Positions 24,921-39,007 of a DNA stretch of 49,103 nt are shown in pieces. How positions within the stretch are numbered: position 1 is the stretch's first letter; each line of letters opens with the position of its first letter. The notes beneath the pieces were generated by a model that did no database searches, was not told the origin of the DNA, and saw only the letters and a list, made by a program, of their open reading frames with translations. Source of the stretch: Chara braunii (lineage: Eukaryota; Plantae; Charophyceae); contig BFEA01000018.1 in assembly GCA_003427395.1 (NCBI GenBank), positions 1,832,956 to 1,882,058 of the forward strand. The letters run 5' to 3'. Made by a program: the position numbers and the translations under genes.

Positions 24921-25854
24921 CGCAGAACACATCAATGAGTGTGCTTATTTTCCAACCTCCAGAATATGGTTGATTTGTTGTCCCACTACTGCGATGGGGC
25001 CTGCCGACTCTTGCTCAGCACGTTCATCTGCACAGATGGTGGTGATGATAGGAAGATGTTTGATGATTTCCTCAGCTGCGTTCTGAGTGTAAACAGGTAT
25101 GAAGCTCATCCATCTGTCAGTGTGGAGGCATTCCTCGCTAGTAATGTCCACAGAAAGTCGCAAACGTGTTGTTCTCTGTGTAATGATGTGTGGTTGATGT
25201 CCTACATTGTCCTCTCCCATAAGGACATCAGCATAGTACTGTACGTCTGTGTATGTGACTGTTCCGGACAAAAGCCTAATACTGGTACTGACTTGAGCAA
25301 AGCAGCTGGTTCAGCGTGAACTCTTGTGTTGCAAGCCTGACTGTGTGGCTTGCAAACAGGGAGGAGCTTCTGCTGCTTGCTTCTTTCCTTTTTGAGCTCA
25401 TGTTTTTTATCGCTGCAAGCACTTACACACCGTGTAGGTCTGTCTCTGTACCAGTATTGTACCTTCTTTGCTTCCTCTGGTTTGCACTGACATCCTTGTC
25501 ATAAAACTGCAGGTGCGAATCTGTTTATCAGCTGGGTATGATCAATAGGCCGGCAGCCTTCCATCATTAGTGCGTTCCCCGCTCCAGCTGGGTATGACCA
25601 ATAGGCTGGGAGCCTTCCATCATTAGTGCATTCTCCACTCCCACTTCTGCTCTCTTTTCCCGACAACTACAGTACAAAAGCACAGAAAGTTCTTTCTCCT
25701 GCAACTTTCTAGCTGAGTACTGGCAAACACACTCAACTCGTATTTTTGCCTGTGGATCGCCACAACTCTGTAGAAACTGCTGCAAACACTAAAGAAACCT
25801 GACCATCCAGTGTCGATGTAAACAAGCATTCATTCATGAACTGATCAATATCAA

Positions 25855-26050
25855 AAGCCTACCAATTGCTCAGAAACCAAGTCCAAATGAGAACCAAACA
25901 AACTCACAAACAGCCTACCAATTGCTCAGCAACTTAGTCCAAAAGAGAAGCAAACAAACACACAAACAGCCTACCAATTGCGCAGAAACTCAGTCCAAAA
26001 GAGAAGCAAACAAACACATACAGCCTACCAATTTCCCCATCAGTCCAAAT
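25855..26050. repeat. About 56-bp minisatellite, 3-4 copies
   Basis: cagcctaccaattgc.cagaaac..agtccaaaagagaagcaaacaaac repeated. Confidence 0.85.
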
Positions 26051-26399
26051 GGGAAGGAAGGAAACAATCACACACTTGATGTCATTAACCTTAATCTCAA
26101 GCAAAAGAAGCTTCAAAGCAGTATCCAAGCAAAAGACGTCCACAATCCTAGTTACATGTGGTCCCCACACACTTCATGTGCCCAAACAGAATGAGTGCCT
26201 AAACACGCACGATGGTCAGGAATGAGTGCCCAAACAGAATGACGTCACATCATCTTAATCCAAACAGAATGAAGCGCAATGGTCAGACACAAAGTGGACA
26301 CCAAACATAACGACGCACGATGGTCAGGAACGAGTGCACACCGTGTTCCCAGTTCAACACGAGGGTGTGTTAGTTTCGGGGAAAGATGTTAGCCTTCCC

Positions 26400-28300
26400 T
26401 ATAAAGGGAAAGTGATGTTAGTCTCCCCTACAAAGGGAAAGGGACAATCCTTCAGCAGACAGCGTTGCAATCAAAGTTTTGAGTATTGCCTCGTTAATGT
26501 CGTAAGCAAAACAATCCTTCATTGCTGTGAAAGGAAAACTGTTTATTCGATCGGAACCCATTAACATCCTGTCGAACCGCGAGGTGACTTGAAGGTAGCG
26601 GAAGCTGCTGTGTGTCATCTTTATCCAGTTTGGAAAGCAAGTGCTTTTCCATGAAAACTGTGCGTCTTATTATGAGGCACGCTGCAACATACAATTCATC
26701 AGCTCGTCAGTATATTTTCCCAGTACTTGCTGCTGATCACAGAGATCCAGTGCAACCTTTTCAAGGTGTAGGTGACCTGTTTGTAGCACATAGCAAAATG
26801 CCAGGTCTCACTCTGACATCTTCGATGCTTTCAAAACCACCATTTCTAAAGTGCTTCCTGGACTGCATGTACCACCGATCGGAACCTTTGATCGCTGGAG
26901 CAAGGTGGGTAGGGGTTTCAGATTTCTGGGTGATGCAGCAGCGGGGAGATGCTTTGAAACTGTGCGCCGCTGAGATGGGGCCAAAAGATGGCTCTGGTTG
27001 CAGTCCTTTCTGTCACCTCAATCAGCGCTCGAATTGATCGAGTGGTTGTTAATGAGGATGTTCCGTCTCAGTCGGCGATCGGATTGGTTGAGTGAATGTG
27101 CGTTTAATGCAGTTTACTGTCTTTTAACATTTGGAGATCATGTCGACAAGCCCAAAGCTCATCAATCTCCATTTCCCGAACCAACATCTGCACACAGTCC
27201 CGTTGGGGTTTTTCATGTTCGCCACCCAACTGCTTTCCGCCCAAGGTGTTTGTATTAACTTTGTAATCAGCATGCCTGCATATGTGCAAGGAAAACTTGC
27301 ACGCGCATCCTGCAAGTAGAGCGAAAGTAACACTTGGAAATTGAGGAGCATTGCCATTATCTCAGACGGAGAACCGGCTATCACAGAAACTATATTATTG
27401 GAATGACGATCAACACAGAAGTGACAGAACTCCTTCCATGCAACAAATTTGGCTCCAGTTTCTCTATTCCTTGGAGCTATGCTCTCTCATTGAAAACTGG
27501 CAGAGTTTTCCTTGGTGTGTCAAAGGCCAGCCGCTGTACGCGAGAGCAATTGACTCTTGAATAGAATGGCCAATCAATGCCTACCAGGTAACAGGTGCAC
27601 TTCTTTGGCTATGCATCCTGCTCAGTTGCTCTCTCAGATCCACAATCTCTGCTGGAAGTGCCGATTGTGCATCGTAGTGTCGAAAACCTGACTTTCGATT
27701 AGTGAATCCAGGTTTAGGCAGCGGGTTGAGAATAGCACACATGCAATGCTAATCGTTTCCATAAGGATGTGTTGCTTGTCAATCACTAGAATTTTGTATA
27801 AGGGTCTTGAAGTCTGCGCCGAGGACCAGGCTCTCCCATAATTTGTTCACTCATCTTTGGATTGCCCGGTACGCAACTGCGTCGACATACGACGCTGCTG
27901 CTTTTGCCTGCCTGCAGCGGCACAGCTGTTGGCTCCGTCTATCTAGGTGCCTCTTGTTGTGTCCTCTGGGCCTCAATCCACCGAACTAAAGGCATAGGAA
28001 TATATGACAAAAGTTAACTAAGCAAGCACATGGGGTCGCATCATTGTTATGGCTGGATAAACGATTTGCTGGGTATGGCTCTGGGAGCCTTTTTTCTAGG
28101 GTCAGTATATATCCTCCCTGGGAAGCAGGCTGGATGAAATTATATCAACCCGTCCGGTGTAAAGGGTCTTAGCTGGCTGGGAGGAGGCAAGGTCTCTTTC
28201 ATAAACCCTTCGCATTGCCCTGTTAATTCTTCGCATCCATCCAAATTACTGCACAGCAATTGCTAGGAAACCGTATTACCCTGCAATCGTAGCCTAAAGC
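26400..28300 (-). mobile_element. Highly degenerate Ty3/gypsy-like pol relic
   Basis: Minus-strand fragments TPWAESSWVANMKNPNGTVCRC..FGKWRLMSFGL (RT-like), WYMQSRKHFRN (connection-like) and ELYVAAC..TVFMEKH (RNase H-like) occur in the expected order; many stops; boundaries approximate. Confidence 0.45.
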
Positions 28301-28476
28301 ATGTACCCGATCACCACAACACATTATTATATCCCTACAACTGCAGCAACATGGCTTGGCATGGGCAGGTGGTGATATTTCCAGGGAATTCGACTTCGAC
28401 TTCTGTTGGTCTTCTGGCTGGAGTTGTGGGACCCCTGTTCGGTTCCAAGAGGCTCTGTCATCTGTGAGCTGGGGTA

Positions 28477-28618
28477 GATGGGGAGGAGTTTGGTGGTTGT
28501 GATCTTGGGGAGTTTCGGCAGAGCGAGGCAGGTGTGGATGGGAACGCGGAGAGGGGTGGTGGAGCTTCGGGTGTTAGAAGGACGGTATGAAGGATGTGGT
28601 TTGGGGGCAGGCACAGAG

Positions 28619-28684
<66 letters not shown>

Positions 28685-29096
28685 NNNNNNNNNNNNNNNN
28701 NNNNNNNNNNNNNNNNNNNNNNNNNNNNNNNNNNNNNNNNNNNNNNNNNNNNNNNNNNNNNNNNNNNNNNNNNNNNNNNNNNNNNNNNNNNNNNNNNNNN
28801 NNNNNNNNNNNNNNNNNNNNNNNNNNNNNNNNNNNNNNNNNNNNNNNNNNNNNNNNNNNNNNNNNNNNNNNNNNNNNNNNNNNNNNNNNNNNNNNNNNNN
28901 NNNNNNNNNNNNNNNNNNNNNNNNNNNNNNNNNNNNNNNNNNNNNNNNNNNNNNNNNNNNNNNNNNNNNNNNNNNNNNNNNNNNNNNNNNNNNNNNNNNN
29001 NNNNNNNNNNNNNNNNNNNNNNNNNNNNNNNNNNNNNNNNNNNNNNNNNNNNNNNNNNNNNNNNNNNNNNNNNNNNNNNNNNNNNNNNNNNNNNNN

Positions 29097-29131
<35 letters not shown>

Positions 29132-29279
29132 TGTGGTTTGGGGAGGAGCTTGGTGGTTGTTATCTTCGGGAGTTTCGGCAGAGCGAGGCAGGTGTAGATG
29201 GGAACGCGGAGAGGGGTGGTGGAGCTTCGGGTGTTAGAAGGACGGTACGAAGGATGTGGTTTGAGGGCAGGCACACACA

Positions 29280-29349
<70 letters not shown>

Positions 29350-29350
29350 C
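28477..29350. repeat. About 150-bp direct repeat pair separated by (GA)n and a gap
   Basis: gggagtttcggcagagcgaggcaggtgt.gatgggaacgcggagaggggtggtggagcttcgggtgttagaaggacggta at about 28507 and 29168. Confidence 0.85.
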
Positions 29351-31114
29351 TGAAGTTAGCAGTTGACGAAGGTGTAAAAGGTGTATGGGAGCAAAATCTC
29401 ATCGTTGTAACACGGAGTGTGAAAAGCACAGAAGACTCTCAATTACTACTCAGCCGTGAAGGGGAGATGAATGATGCGGCGTGGAAGGATGAGGAAGAGG
29501 GCGAGCCTGATGGTGGGTATGGGGAAGAGGTGCAAACACAGGAAATTGTGGCGAAAGGCATTTTTTTAAATGATTCAAGTTACTGGGACAGCTGTTGGGT
29601 AAAGGAGGGGCGCCACTGTTTGAGAATGCAGTTTATCAATTCCAAAGGCATAATGCGTCGCCCCTTGCGAGTCGCTCAACTTGCCAAAGTGTACAACCCT
29701 ATTACAACGCACACCTCCTTTCTTTCTATCACTCGCGATTTTTTTGCTTTTTATGTAGTGTGTAGCGTGGCATGAAAGTCCTTTATCCACCTTTTGGTGT
29801 ATGAAATCTGGTCTGGAGGCAGACGAGTAATCTGCCCATTACCATTGCTTTTACACAGCTTGTTTTTATTTTTTCTGTTTTGTTTGCAGGAGTCAAACAC
29901 ATGCTATGCCAAATCCAGTCGTTCTTGGGAACCACTATTACACGTGCCCATACTCGCTATATGGGCACATACACGCAGAGGGTCCTCATATACATGCAAA
30001 GGATCCTAATAAGCAAATATACTATGTGGATAGAGATGCCCTCCAAGGTGCATCATATCAATTTTTTTGGAAATTATTTTCTATATGTTATCATGATATC
30101 ATCCCCCCGATTTCAGGCCAATGATCAGTCTGATGAAACATGCTTGCAGTCCCAAATCCTTTTTCCATCCCCAAAGTCGATGGACTCGGCAGTGTCTGAA
30201 GGAAGATTTCTTTTCACTTCACACTGCCCTCATGCTGGAGAAAGCTCTGCCGCATCAAGTAATTGCACGGTATCTTACTATGTACAGACATTCTCACACA
30301 AGTAATTTATTCCATGGTTAAAGTAAGAGCGGTTCTGAGCACATAAATTTGTTTCTTTGTTCATCTCCCGCGAGGGATCGACTGGTGCGTGCTACGTGCT
30401 GGCTGGACAATATATACAGCATTCTTCCATTATACCGATGTACTGCTGCCAACAAATACTTGCTTCATAATTGGCAAAGGCATCTCTCCCCCTAGTCCCA
30501 AGCACAGTCACTCAACTTGAGAGCGTAGTGCTCACAGTTTGACATCTGCAGACAGAACTTTTGTGTGAAGTCCAAAGGAATTTTGTCTGGGCTACTCCAT
30601 TTTATCTTCTAAGCGGGGGGGCTTTTCTGGGCGCCAGGGCATCCAATTTGTGCCTGGATACATGCCTGGGTGCGTGGACGGGCATGACCCCCGGGCGGGG
30701 TTCCGGGCACTGTCGTCACAACAAAAGAAATGGGGGAAAATAAAGTTCTGGAAAAAGAGTATCCGGGGAAAAAGATGCGTAAAAAAAGTGAAAAAAAGGA
30801 AAAAGATGTTGCAAACGACTCTTGGCTGATGGGAACATCAGAATTCCTCAGTGAAGTGAAGATAAAGCAGAAAATGGCAGAATCGGACTAAGGCGGCAAG
30901 GCCCTCCCCTTTAAATTTTAAACCCGTTTAGTCCCTTTAAAATCAGTTAATACGGCCCCTTGCCCCTCTTGACAGCCAACACTCGAACAAAGGAAAATGC
31001 CCGGATTTGAGCTGCTCTGAGCATGTGCAGAACAAACTGGCCTCCCCCCCCCCCCCCCCCCCCCNNNNNNNNNNNNNNNNNNNNNNNNNNNNNNNNNNNN
31101 NNNNNNNNNNNNNN

Positions 31115-32872
31115 TTTTTTTGTTAAACAGGTTCTTACGGTCCGGGCTCCATATCCATTCTGGGGAGCGTCAGTCCGGTTCCTTTTCTCCCGGCATGTCG
31201 AAAACGGATTACATCATATTTCCCACTCAACGCTTCCTTCCATCTGGCCGGAGGACCCCTGATCAGCATTGATTGCTCCTTCTAAGGAGGATTGACTGTC
31301 AGCTGCCCTGACTGACCATTTGTTCCTCTCAGGCTTCTATTTAGAGCCTGTCAAATACGCTTCCTTCCGTCTGGCCGAACACAGAGCAGACCCCCCCATT
31401 GTCGAATCCGTCCATGTAATACGAGAACAGTGGGGGGGTCTGCTCTGTGTCCTGTTGCTTGTCCTTGTCCTTTCCTGCGTGTCCGGTCCTCTTTTTGTTG
31501 ATCGCCATTCAGAACCTTCTGCCAGGCCTCCCGACATGTATCCTCGTGGTCTTCATGCTTCTGCGTGGTGCCATTTCTTCCATCTCAGTCTACTGTCTAT
31601 TATCGTTGCCACCTTGCCTTTAGCAAGCAGATCCTTGTGAAAGTCCGTTTCTTGGTTGCTTGTCTTTCTGGTCGGTGTCTCGTAGAGTTTGCTATTCTCC
31701 GCCATCTGCTCCTGATTTCCGTCTCTGCGATGCTCAGCATAGTGACCACATTTCTTCTCTTGCCACCTCTGTTCGATTGTCTGAGTACATCTGCGTTTCC
31801 ATATCACCCACAGTGCCAGCTTCCTGAGTAGGGTGAACCATGCTTCCCTGCTGGCTGTGATGTTGCTGGGGATGATTGTTAGAAGTAGGATCGACCATAG
31901 CTCGCGGATCGACCATAGCTCGGGGAGCAGCGAACAGGATCGACCATAGCTCGCGGATCTTGTTCCGTATCCAGATTGCTTCAGGGCAGAAGAGGAGGCA
32001 GTGGGGGATGCGGGTAAGTCGTTGCTGCACATTGAGCAGCTTGCCGAGCTATCAGGATCAGAATGTTTCCTTCTCTCGTGTAACCATTGGTTGACTGTGC
32101 AGCATGCCGAGCTATCAGGATCGGAATGTTTCCCTCTCCAGGCTGCATGTGCTATTAGCCATTGCATACTTCGGATTCTACTTGGTCTGATGAGAAGGTA
32201 TTTGGTCCACGTGATGGAGATGGGGGTCGTGGTGTCTAGGTTCAGTATGGTTCTCCATTTCTCTGCCGGCCTTGGATTTGGGTCTTTGGTTTGTAGCCCG
32301 AGGTTATATCCGATCTTGACGCCGTATTCTCTTATCCTTCTCGATTTACTGGCGGCGCGCAGATCCAGATTCCATATCCATTCCTTCGGGTCGAATTCCA
32401 CAACCTTCCTTGCTTCTAAATACATTCGTATTTTCAATTCTTCTTCAATGTTACGACTCACCAACAAAAGGTGCGATGATCCAGGGTCACATCAGTCAGT
32501 GGTTGATCTCTGTTTTGGTTGCACTAATGTTTAGCTGGCAGGTTCTTTCAGAGGAACCTGAGAGGAATTACAGGGAAAGGCAAACAGGGAAAGGCAAGCC
32601 GACAGTCAAATCTTCTGGCGAAATGGAGGAATCTATGCTGTTCAGAGGCCCCTCGGCTGGACGGGAGGGCGTGGGAGTGTACAAGATGCAATACTGTTTT
32701 TGCAGACTTGGTGGGGAATAGGAACCGGACTGACGCTCCCCAGAGTGGCTATGGAGCCAGACCATAACCTGTTTACACCAAAAAAAAGAAGGAAAAAAAA
32801 GAAGGAAAAAAGTTCGAAAAACAGAAAAAAGAGAAAAAAAAAGAAAAAAAAGAAAAAAAAGAAAAAAAAAAG

Positions 32873-32912
<40 letters not shown>

Positions 32913-34150
32913 TTCTTTGCTGGCCATTGATCAGCAACAGCAGCCCATATGACAGCCCCAAGCATTGTCTGATGGAGATAGTGAAACGGTGGGCTCTGTC
33001 ATTTGTAGCACACTTCCTATCTCCCTCAACTCAGCGAATGTAGAAGGGCACTCTGGGTGGACGGACTCAAGTTTATAAGGCGTTCTGGGTGGACTGACAT
33101 TTGTTGTTGAGCCATGGAACACGTTTGCCTCCCCCCGTCTAGCGTCTGCATTCTTCGGTTCGCCATAGATCCTGGCAACCGGCGGTTGGGACGTCTGGAG
33201 TCGTCAACGCAATGCAATCTGATATGCTGAAGGCTCTAGCGTAACCTTTGTTCCCCTCCCTCGAATCTGCTCTGCTTTGTCCTCTGTAGTTCAGATGTCT
33301 GCAGTGTTTAATTACTGCAGCTGGTGGATAAGTCTGAGTGCCCTCCCATTTTCGACGTCGGGAGCCAGTTCGTTCTGGTAGAAGGTGTGGGTCCTTAACA
33401 CGTCTATTTTTTCAGATTGGGAGTCGGGGTATGTCCAAGCTGTGTTGCGACGCTGACCGAAGTGTAGTTAAAATGGGCGAGTACATATTCGAATACAATG
33501 CATAAGCGTTCGATTCAAGTCATCGATTCTGCTAGATGCGAATCTCTGCCGGAGGAGGTGCAGTTCTTGTTTGTAGCTCATGCAGTTCATAGGATGCTGC
33601 TGGAGGTTGAGTATGCATGCTGGTGCATCTCCGAACGGCGGAAACAGTGGCAGGGCTGCTGTGGCTGTCGCAAATGCTGGTGAAATGCCTCGCTCTCAAC
33701 TGTCGACTTGTTCTCCCTGATCGCCTTGACGCTGCTTAAAGGCAGCACAGGTTCCAATATCTTTTTTCGAAGAGGGGGAATGCAGTCCTGAAGGAGAGGG
33801 TAGGACTGCTGTAAAGTTTGCGACTGCATTTTTGGTAGGTGGGCTAGCCGTGGCTGTTGGTTCAAGCTTGGTGACGACTGACAACATGTGACAGGTAGGT
33901 AAGCGCCTGCCTGTCGACCTCTCAGAAATCCAGTCTTCGAGTCTCTGTTCTGACATGGATTCTGGGGTGCGAAATTGCATCTTTTTGCCTGGCGCCGCAA
34001 GCCTTTTCCGTTTGGTAGGCGCAAACTCAAACTATGCAGTGGGTCAACCGCAGGAGTCGGTTGTGCCGACCCTCCCACAAGCTGGAGGAGTCGGGCGTGT
34101 ATCCCTCCGATGATGTCGGGGGCAGCGGTCATTTGGTAAACGGAGTACAA
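31115..34150 (-). mobile_element. Degenerate L1-like LINE (endonuclease relic, C-terminal CCHC zinc-finger region, 3' UTR, poly-A)
   Basis: ORF 31553..32467 and the overlapping frame give CSMC...RIPHCLLFCPEAIWI (zf-RVT-like) and LALWVIWKRRC; endonuclease-like relics (VANFTAVL, SSRID) near 33500-33850; T-run at 31115. The RT core is not recognisable and the 5' boundary is approximate. Confidence 0.6.
32530..32910 (+). mobile_element. 5'-truncated LINE 3' end with long A-rich tail, nested in opposite orientation
   Basis: ggaaccggactgacgctccccag is the reverse complement of 31160-31182; gacagtcaa block also shared; A-tail about 32779-32910. Confidence 0.75.
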
Positions 34151-35614
34151 TGGCCTAAAGCTTTGACAAGAGTGTAGTAGGAGTACGTGTGCGTAGTGTA
34201 ATAATTTGCGATAACAGATCTGTGCACGACAGAGGATAGCGTGTGTAGCACAGACTGGTACGTGTCAGTATACACTGACATACGGTGGTCTTGATTTGTG
34301 TACACTGATGTCTACCTGTCTATGTACGGTACATGTCCGTATACACTGACATATGGTGGTCTTGACTTGTGTACACTGACCTCGTCTACCTGTCTATGTA
34401 CGTGTTCACTTACGTCAGTGATCACTGCTGTGGTCATGCGTAACGTGTGTTCATTGATGCGTACCTGTCTGTGTACATGTCACTGACATCAGTGACCATC
34501 GCTGTCAGTGATCGCCACTGCGGTCATGAGATCCACACACGGGTGATTTCACTTGTGACAAGTGCAGGTGACTGCAGGTGGAGTCCAGATGCGCACGGGA
34601 GTCTATAGAGTACTGATGACTGCATATGGAGATCATCCTTGTGCATGGGTGCGATGAATGTATGATGTATGGATGGGTACACCGAGTGAAACATGGTAAT
34701 ACTGAATCCAGAAAGCAGAATGGTGATGATGCTTTTGTACGTGTCACAGCTTGGATGTGCTGGAAGGGAAGAAGATGGAAGAGGCTAAGAAATTCATTTG
34801 GAGACGGCAGGAGCAGCAGCCTGATAGGAAGGAGGAAGTCAGCAACGAGTTCTCATATGGATGGTCATCATCTACCTAGGTATACGGCGTCACTCTGGAA
34901 CATGGGAGCTGCGTGCTAGAGGTCCGATGATGTTCGAGGTAGTGCAAATGCGAATGCAAATGCATCTAGTCTAGGTGCTAGAGGTCGGGCACATGGAGTT
35001 CTGCAGCGAAACCCATATTATTGTGTGTAGGTCTAGCTCCAGGCTCAACTAAGAAGGATTACCGAACGGGCCCAGCTAAGGTTGGCACACCCATGAAAGC
35101 TGTTGAAATACAGACACCAGTCCGAGTCCCGATGCGACCCGGTGAACAGAATAAAGTAATTGGGAGCCACTCAGCTCCATAATGACATCTCCTCGAGGCC
35201 GTCGTGCCGTTTTCAAAAAAAAAAAAAAAAAAAAGGATAGGCTTGAGCTCAAGTCCAAGGCACCAGCACTGACCAAAAGGGGTTACAAGCGGTTGTCTCT
35301 TTGTTAGTCTGGCTTGAACTGGCAGCAAAGGTTACATCCTACTACGTCACAAAATAATTGCTCATTCCAGGAGGCTTTCAGGACTCTATGTGGTGATGCT
35401 TCTGGGCCCAACTGGCACTGCAGTTGTCCTCTTCCCGACACGTAATTGTCCTCGCTGGTGCCCTCAACTGAAACAAGCAGGGTGGAATGAACCAGTGCAC
35501 TCCCATCCTTGCCAAGAGTTGGGAAGAAAGGCGCCAGTCCGCTCCGTCGGCAATCGCCCCGTAATGTAGTCGCCAACTACGACTCTTTACTGTGGGAACA
35601 ATGCCCATGAACTA

Positions 35615-35719
35615 CCGTCTTCACCCGAATAGAACGCCCTGTCGTTGCCGCGGTATGTGGACGCAAAGTTGACCCAAATACAGCTATAATGGGCGGGTGT
35701 TGTATTCGGGTCAAGATGG
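35615..35719. mobile_element. MITE family A copy
   Basis: TA|ccgtcttcacccgaatagaacgccc ... gtgttgtattcgggtcaagatgg|TA. Confidence 0.8.
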
Positions 35720-36049
35720 TAGTGCACTCCCATGGCTGCCCAGAGGTGAGAAAGAGCCCCCAGTCTGTTCTTCTCGGTAATGGCCTGGTAATGTAGTTAG
35801 CGACCACAGCTCTCTTTTGGTGTACTGTGGAAACAACGCCCATGCTTGGAAGTAAACCTGAAACCCTCAGAACTCATTCAGCCACTGCAACTATAGAAAA
35901 GATGAAAACAATTTTTACAGCAGAGTTCATGTACTGCAGATGAGTCTGGCTCAGTTGTACACCCTTGAAACTGTTGAAATAAAGAACTGAGTTCGAATCC
36001 AAATGGAACCTGTCAGCTTGATGACGATATCGCAAGGCCGTGGCCCTTT

Positions 36050-36104
<55 letters not shown>

Positions 36105-36262
36105 CATGGAATCCTTAATTCATCACTTCAAGCTTTACAAGGCGGGGGTGTCTGTACCAGCTTCTTCTAGTTACACCTGTGTAGAAGCACCCAGAAGAGA
36201 GTTTGGTGTGTATTTAGTTAGCAACGCAACCAATCGTCCTTATCGTTGTAAAATTTGAGCAC

Positions 36263-36309
<47 letters not shown>

Positions 36310-37035
36310 AGAGAGAGTGGACAATCTATTCGTTCAGTGAGCAACCCTGGATTTATTTTTCTCTTGCATCTGTAGAAAACAATACTTGCGGTGAGAAAAT
36401 GTTCCATAGTGGAGAGATTGTTGGTACACTATACAGAAGTCAGAAGTGCAAGAAACACAACTATGCTTAACCAAAAGGCCTGGCGCAGTTGGTACACCCA
36501 CAGGCTGTTGAAATGCAGACCTGAGTTTGAATGCATGCTGTTGAAATACAGTCGTGAGTTCGAATCTGGAGGGAATTCCAAAAGAACCTGCAAGGCTGGG
36601 GCCGGTCAGTTTTACAGTGGTATCTCAAAGTCGTCGCCTTCCTAGAAAAAAAAAAAGAAAAAAAAAATCCTTCAGGCTACAGCAACTGCAGTCAAATTGT
36701 ACACACCACCGGCACACTGGAGCTCATAGCAAGAATTACCTCACTGCCTTTGCAATGTAGGTGAAGTTTTGCTTCCGGGGGGAGGCTGCTGGTACCCCCC
36801 CCCAAGTTCTGCGTTCTTGGGTTTGTGTGTAAAAAACAAAAAGAGAAGAAAAAGAGGAAAACAAAGAAAAAAGGGAAAAACCTCAAAAAAGAGAAAAAAA
36901 GAAAGAAAAGAAAATTTGTGTCAGGCTATTAGCAACTGTACTCAGATTGTGCACACCACAGGCAGACTGCACCTCCATAAATGTTGCTTCTTGGTACAGC
37001 AAGAATGACAACACAGTCTTAGAAACCCAGGTAAA

Positions 37036-37080
37036 ACCGCCAGTACACAGCCCCAGGCTTGCTGAAAATGTTCCGTTGCC
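37036..37080. mobile_element. End of a TTAA-family element (other end not identified)
   Basis: taaa|ACCGCCAGTACACAGCCCCAGGCTTGCTGAAAA resembles the reverse complement of the 40025 end. Confidence 0.55.
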
Positions 37081-37689
37081 TACTCCTCCACTGTCGTGCG
37101 TTGAGCCGATCGAGAACTACAATGGCCCGTGCGACTCCGGCCCCCCAAAATGAAAACACTTGAAACTCAAAAATGAAAAAAATTGAAAAAAAAAGTAACA
37201 AGTGTCCAGTTGTCGGTTCGGAAAAAAAGCTTGGCGAGCAGTGCGGCGCCTCCAGGCCCGTGCGTACCCGGTGGTCCTAATTGTTCTTTTTGGTTTACGG
37301 CAAGTGCGTGCGTTCAAATCTCGGCGTGCACACCACAGACACTCAGGCTGCAACTGCTAGAAAGAATGGCATACAGTGCATTAGCAACACTCGCTCCAAT
37401 TTTGTCCCCTTCTGTAGTAGGGCGAACCCGGCGAAGTAATGCAAAATCTTTCCTTTTTTTGAAGCATGTGGCAGGGAAACACACCATGTCCTGAAGAGTG
37501 CGAGTAGGTGACAGCAGCAAAAAGCGAAGGTGGACACACCCACCCTTTTTCATCATTCCTTGGCATCTACATTTGACAGAAGACAAGATCCAATGTTCAG
37601 CATTGCCACAGGCCCACAGTAATCAAAAGCATGATCTGGTCATACACAGCCTGTTGCTAGTGACCTTGCCACTGCAGTCCTGAGCTGGG

Positions 37690-38170
37690 GCAGCATTGTT
37701 CAAGCTGCCTCCACCATTCTACAAAGATTTTAGCACCCATTCTCAGTGTACTTGGAACAGGAGAAGTGTGCCCCTCCTGTTGGAATTACTGATAGCACCT
37801 CTACACCATATCCACATCATAACTACACCATAAATAGACCCAATCTGCACCGCCTCAGGTGCAGCATTATTCAAGCTGTCTCCACCATTCCCCTCAAATT
37901 ACAAACAGGGCAAGCATGCCTTTTCCCTTGCAATTAGTGGCAACACATCTGCACCATAGCTACACCATAGCCACACCACATCTACACCACCTCAGGTGCA
38001 GCATTACTCAAGCTTTCTCCACCATGCCCCTCAAGTTACAAACAGGGCAAGCATGCCTTTTGCCTTTTGCCTTGCAATAACTGACAACACATCTACACCA
38101 TATCTACACCATATCTACACCATATCTACACCACATCTGTACCACATCGACAGATTCGACACCACATCTA
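37690..38170. repeat. Degenerate about 140-bp tandem units ending in (CACCATATCTA)n
   Basis: cctcaggtgcagcatta.tcaagct.tctccaccat.cccctcaa.ttacaaacagggcaagcatgcctttt repeated. Confidence 0.75.
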
Positions 38171-38499
38171 GTAAAGGTAGAAATGAGCATTTGTGAAAAC
38201 CAGTGGGGAAAGTGGGAGGGCGTGGGAAGGACCTGGTGTGAAACTGAACAATACTGTTGCTGGGTGACGTGCGTGGTAAAGGCGTGGTGTGAAACTGAAC
38301 AATACTGTTGCTGGGCGCCTCTTGTGAAGTGAAATTGTGTCGTGCTGCGACTCGGACTCATGCAGTGCTGCAGGTAGTAGAAACATTTTGTGCCGCCTGA
38401 TGCTGTGGTGTAAAATAAATTTGTACCGCAGGCTACAGTGTGGTCGAAACAAATCCTGGCCTCCGCGATGCTCTCACACCCTCCAGTGGGCAGCCTGTG

Positions 38500-38544
<45 letters not shown>

Positions 38545-39007
38545 ATTGATGGTGCATGCCGTTTTGATGGTCGATGCACCCGCCCTCTGCCTGCGGTACT
38601 ATCTTTCTCCCCTTAGAGTAGGTTTCTTTGTCAGCCCCCGTCTTCTCCTTCTGCGTGCCTACCCATTCGCCGCCGACCTAGCGTCCATGGGCCTGGGTCC
38701 TTTTGGATCTGGAAGCTTGGAGGTCGAACCTGACCTTAATCACATCCTGGAGTAAGCCACAGAGTTGTCTGTGTTGTTAATCCTACCAACTAATCTTGGG
38801 GAGATTCCTACTTCTAACCTTGGACGTTAAACCTTGGAGGTGATTCCAGGGCTCAACCGTGGGTGTGGGCGTAAGCTGGAATGAACTGAGTAGCCAGCAA
38901 CCGCCGAGCTGTTTGGGATCCTTTTAAATGCGAATTCAATCTAAAAATGCATTTGGCTGCGTGTCCTGCATATGTTGTTGATTTGGGAGTTGATGATGGG
39001 ACCAAAA

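Noticed and set aside
29350-30330. Possible exons after tttgcag at about 29889
   Set aside because: No consistent exon chain or recognisable domain.
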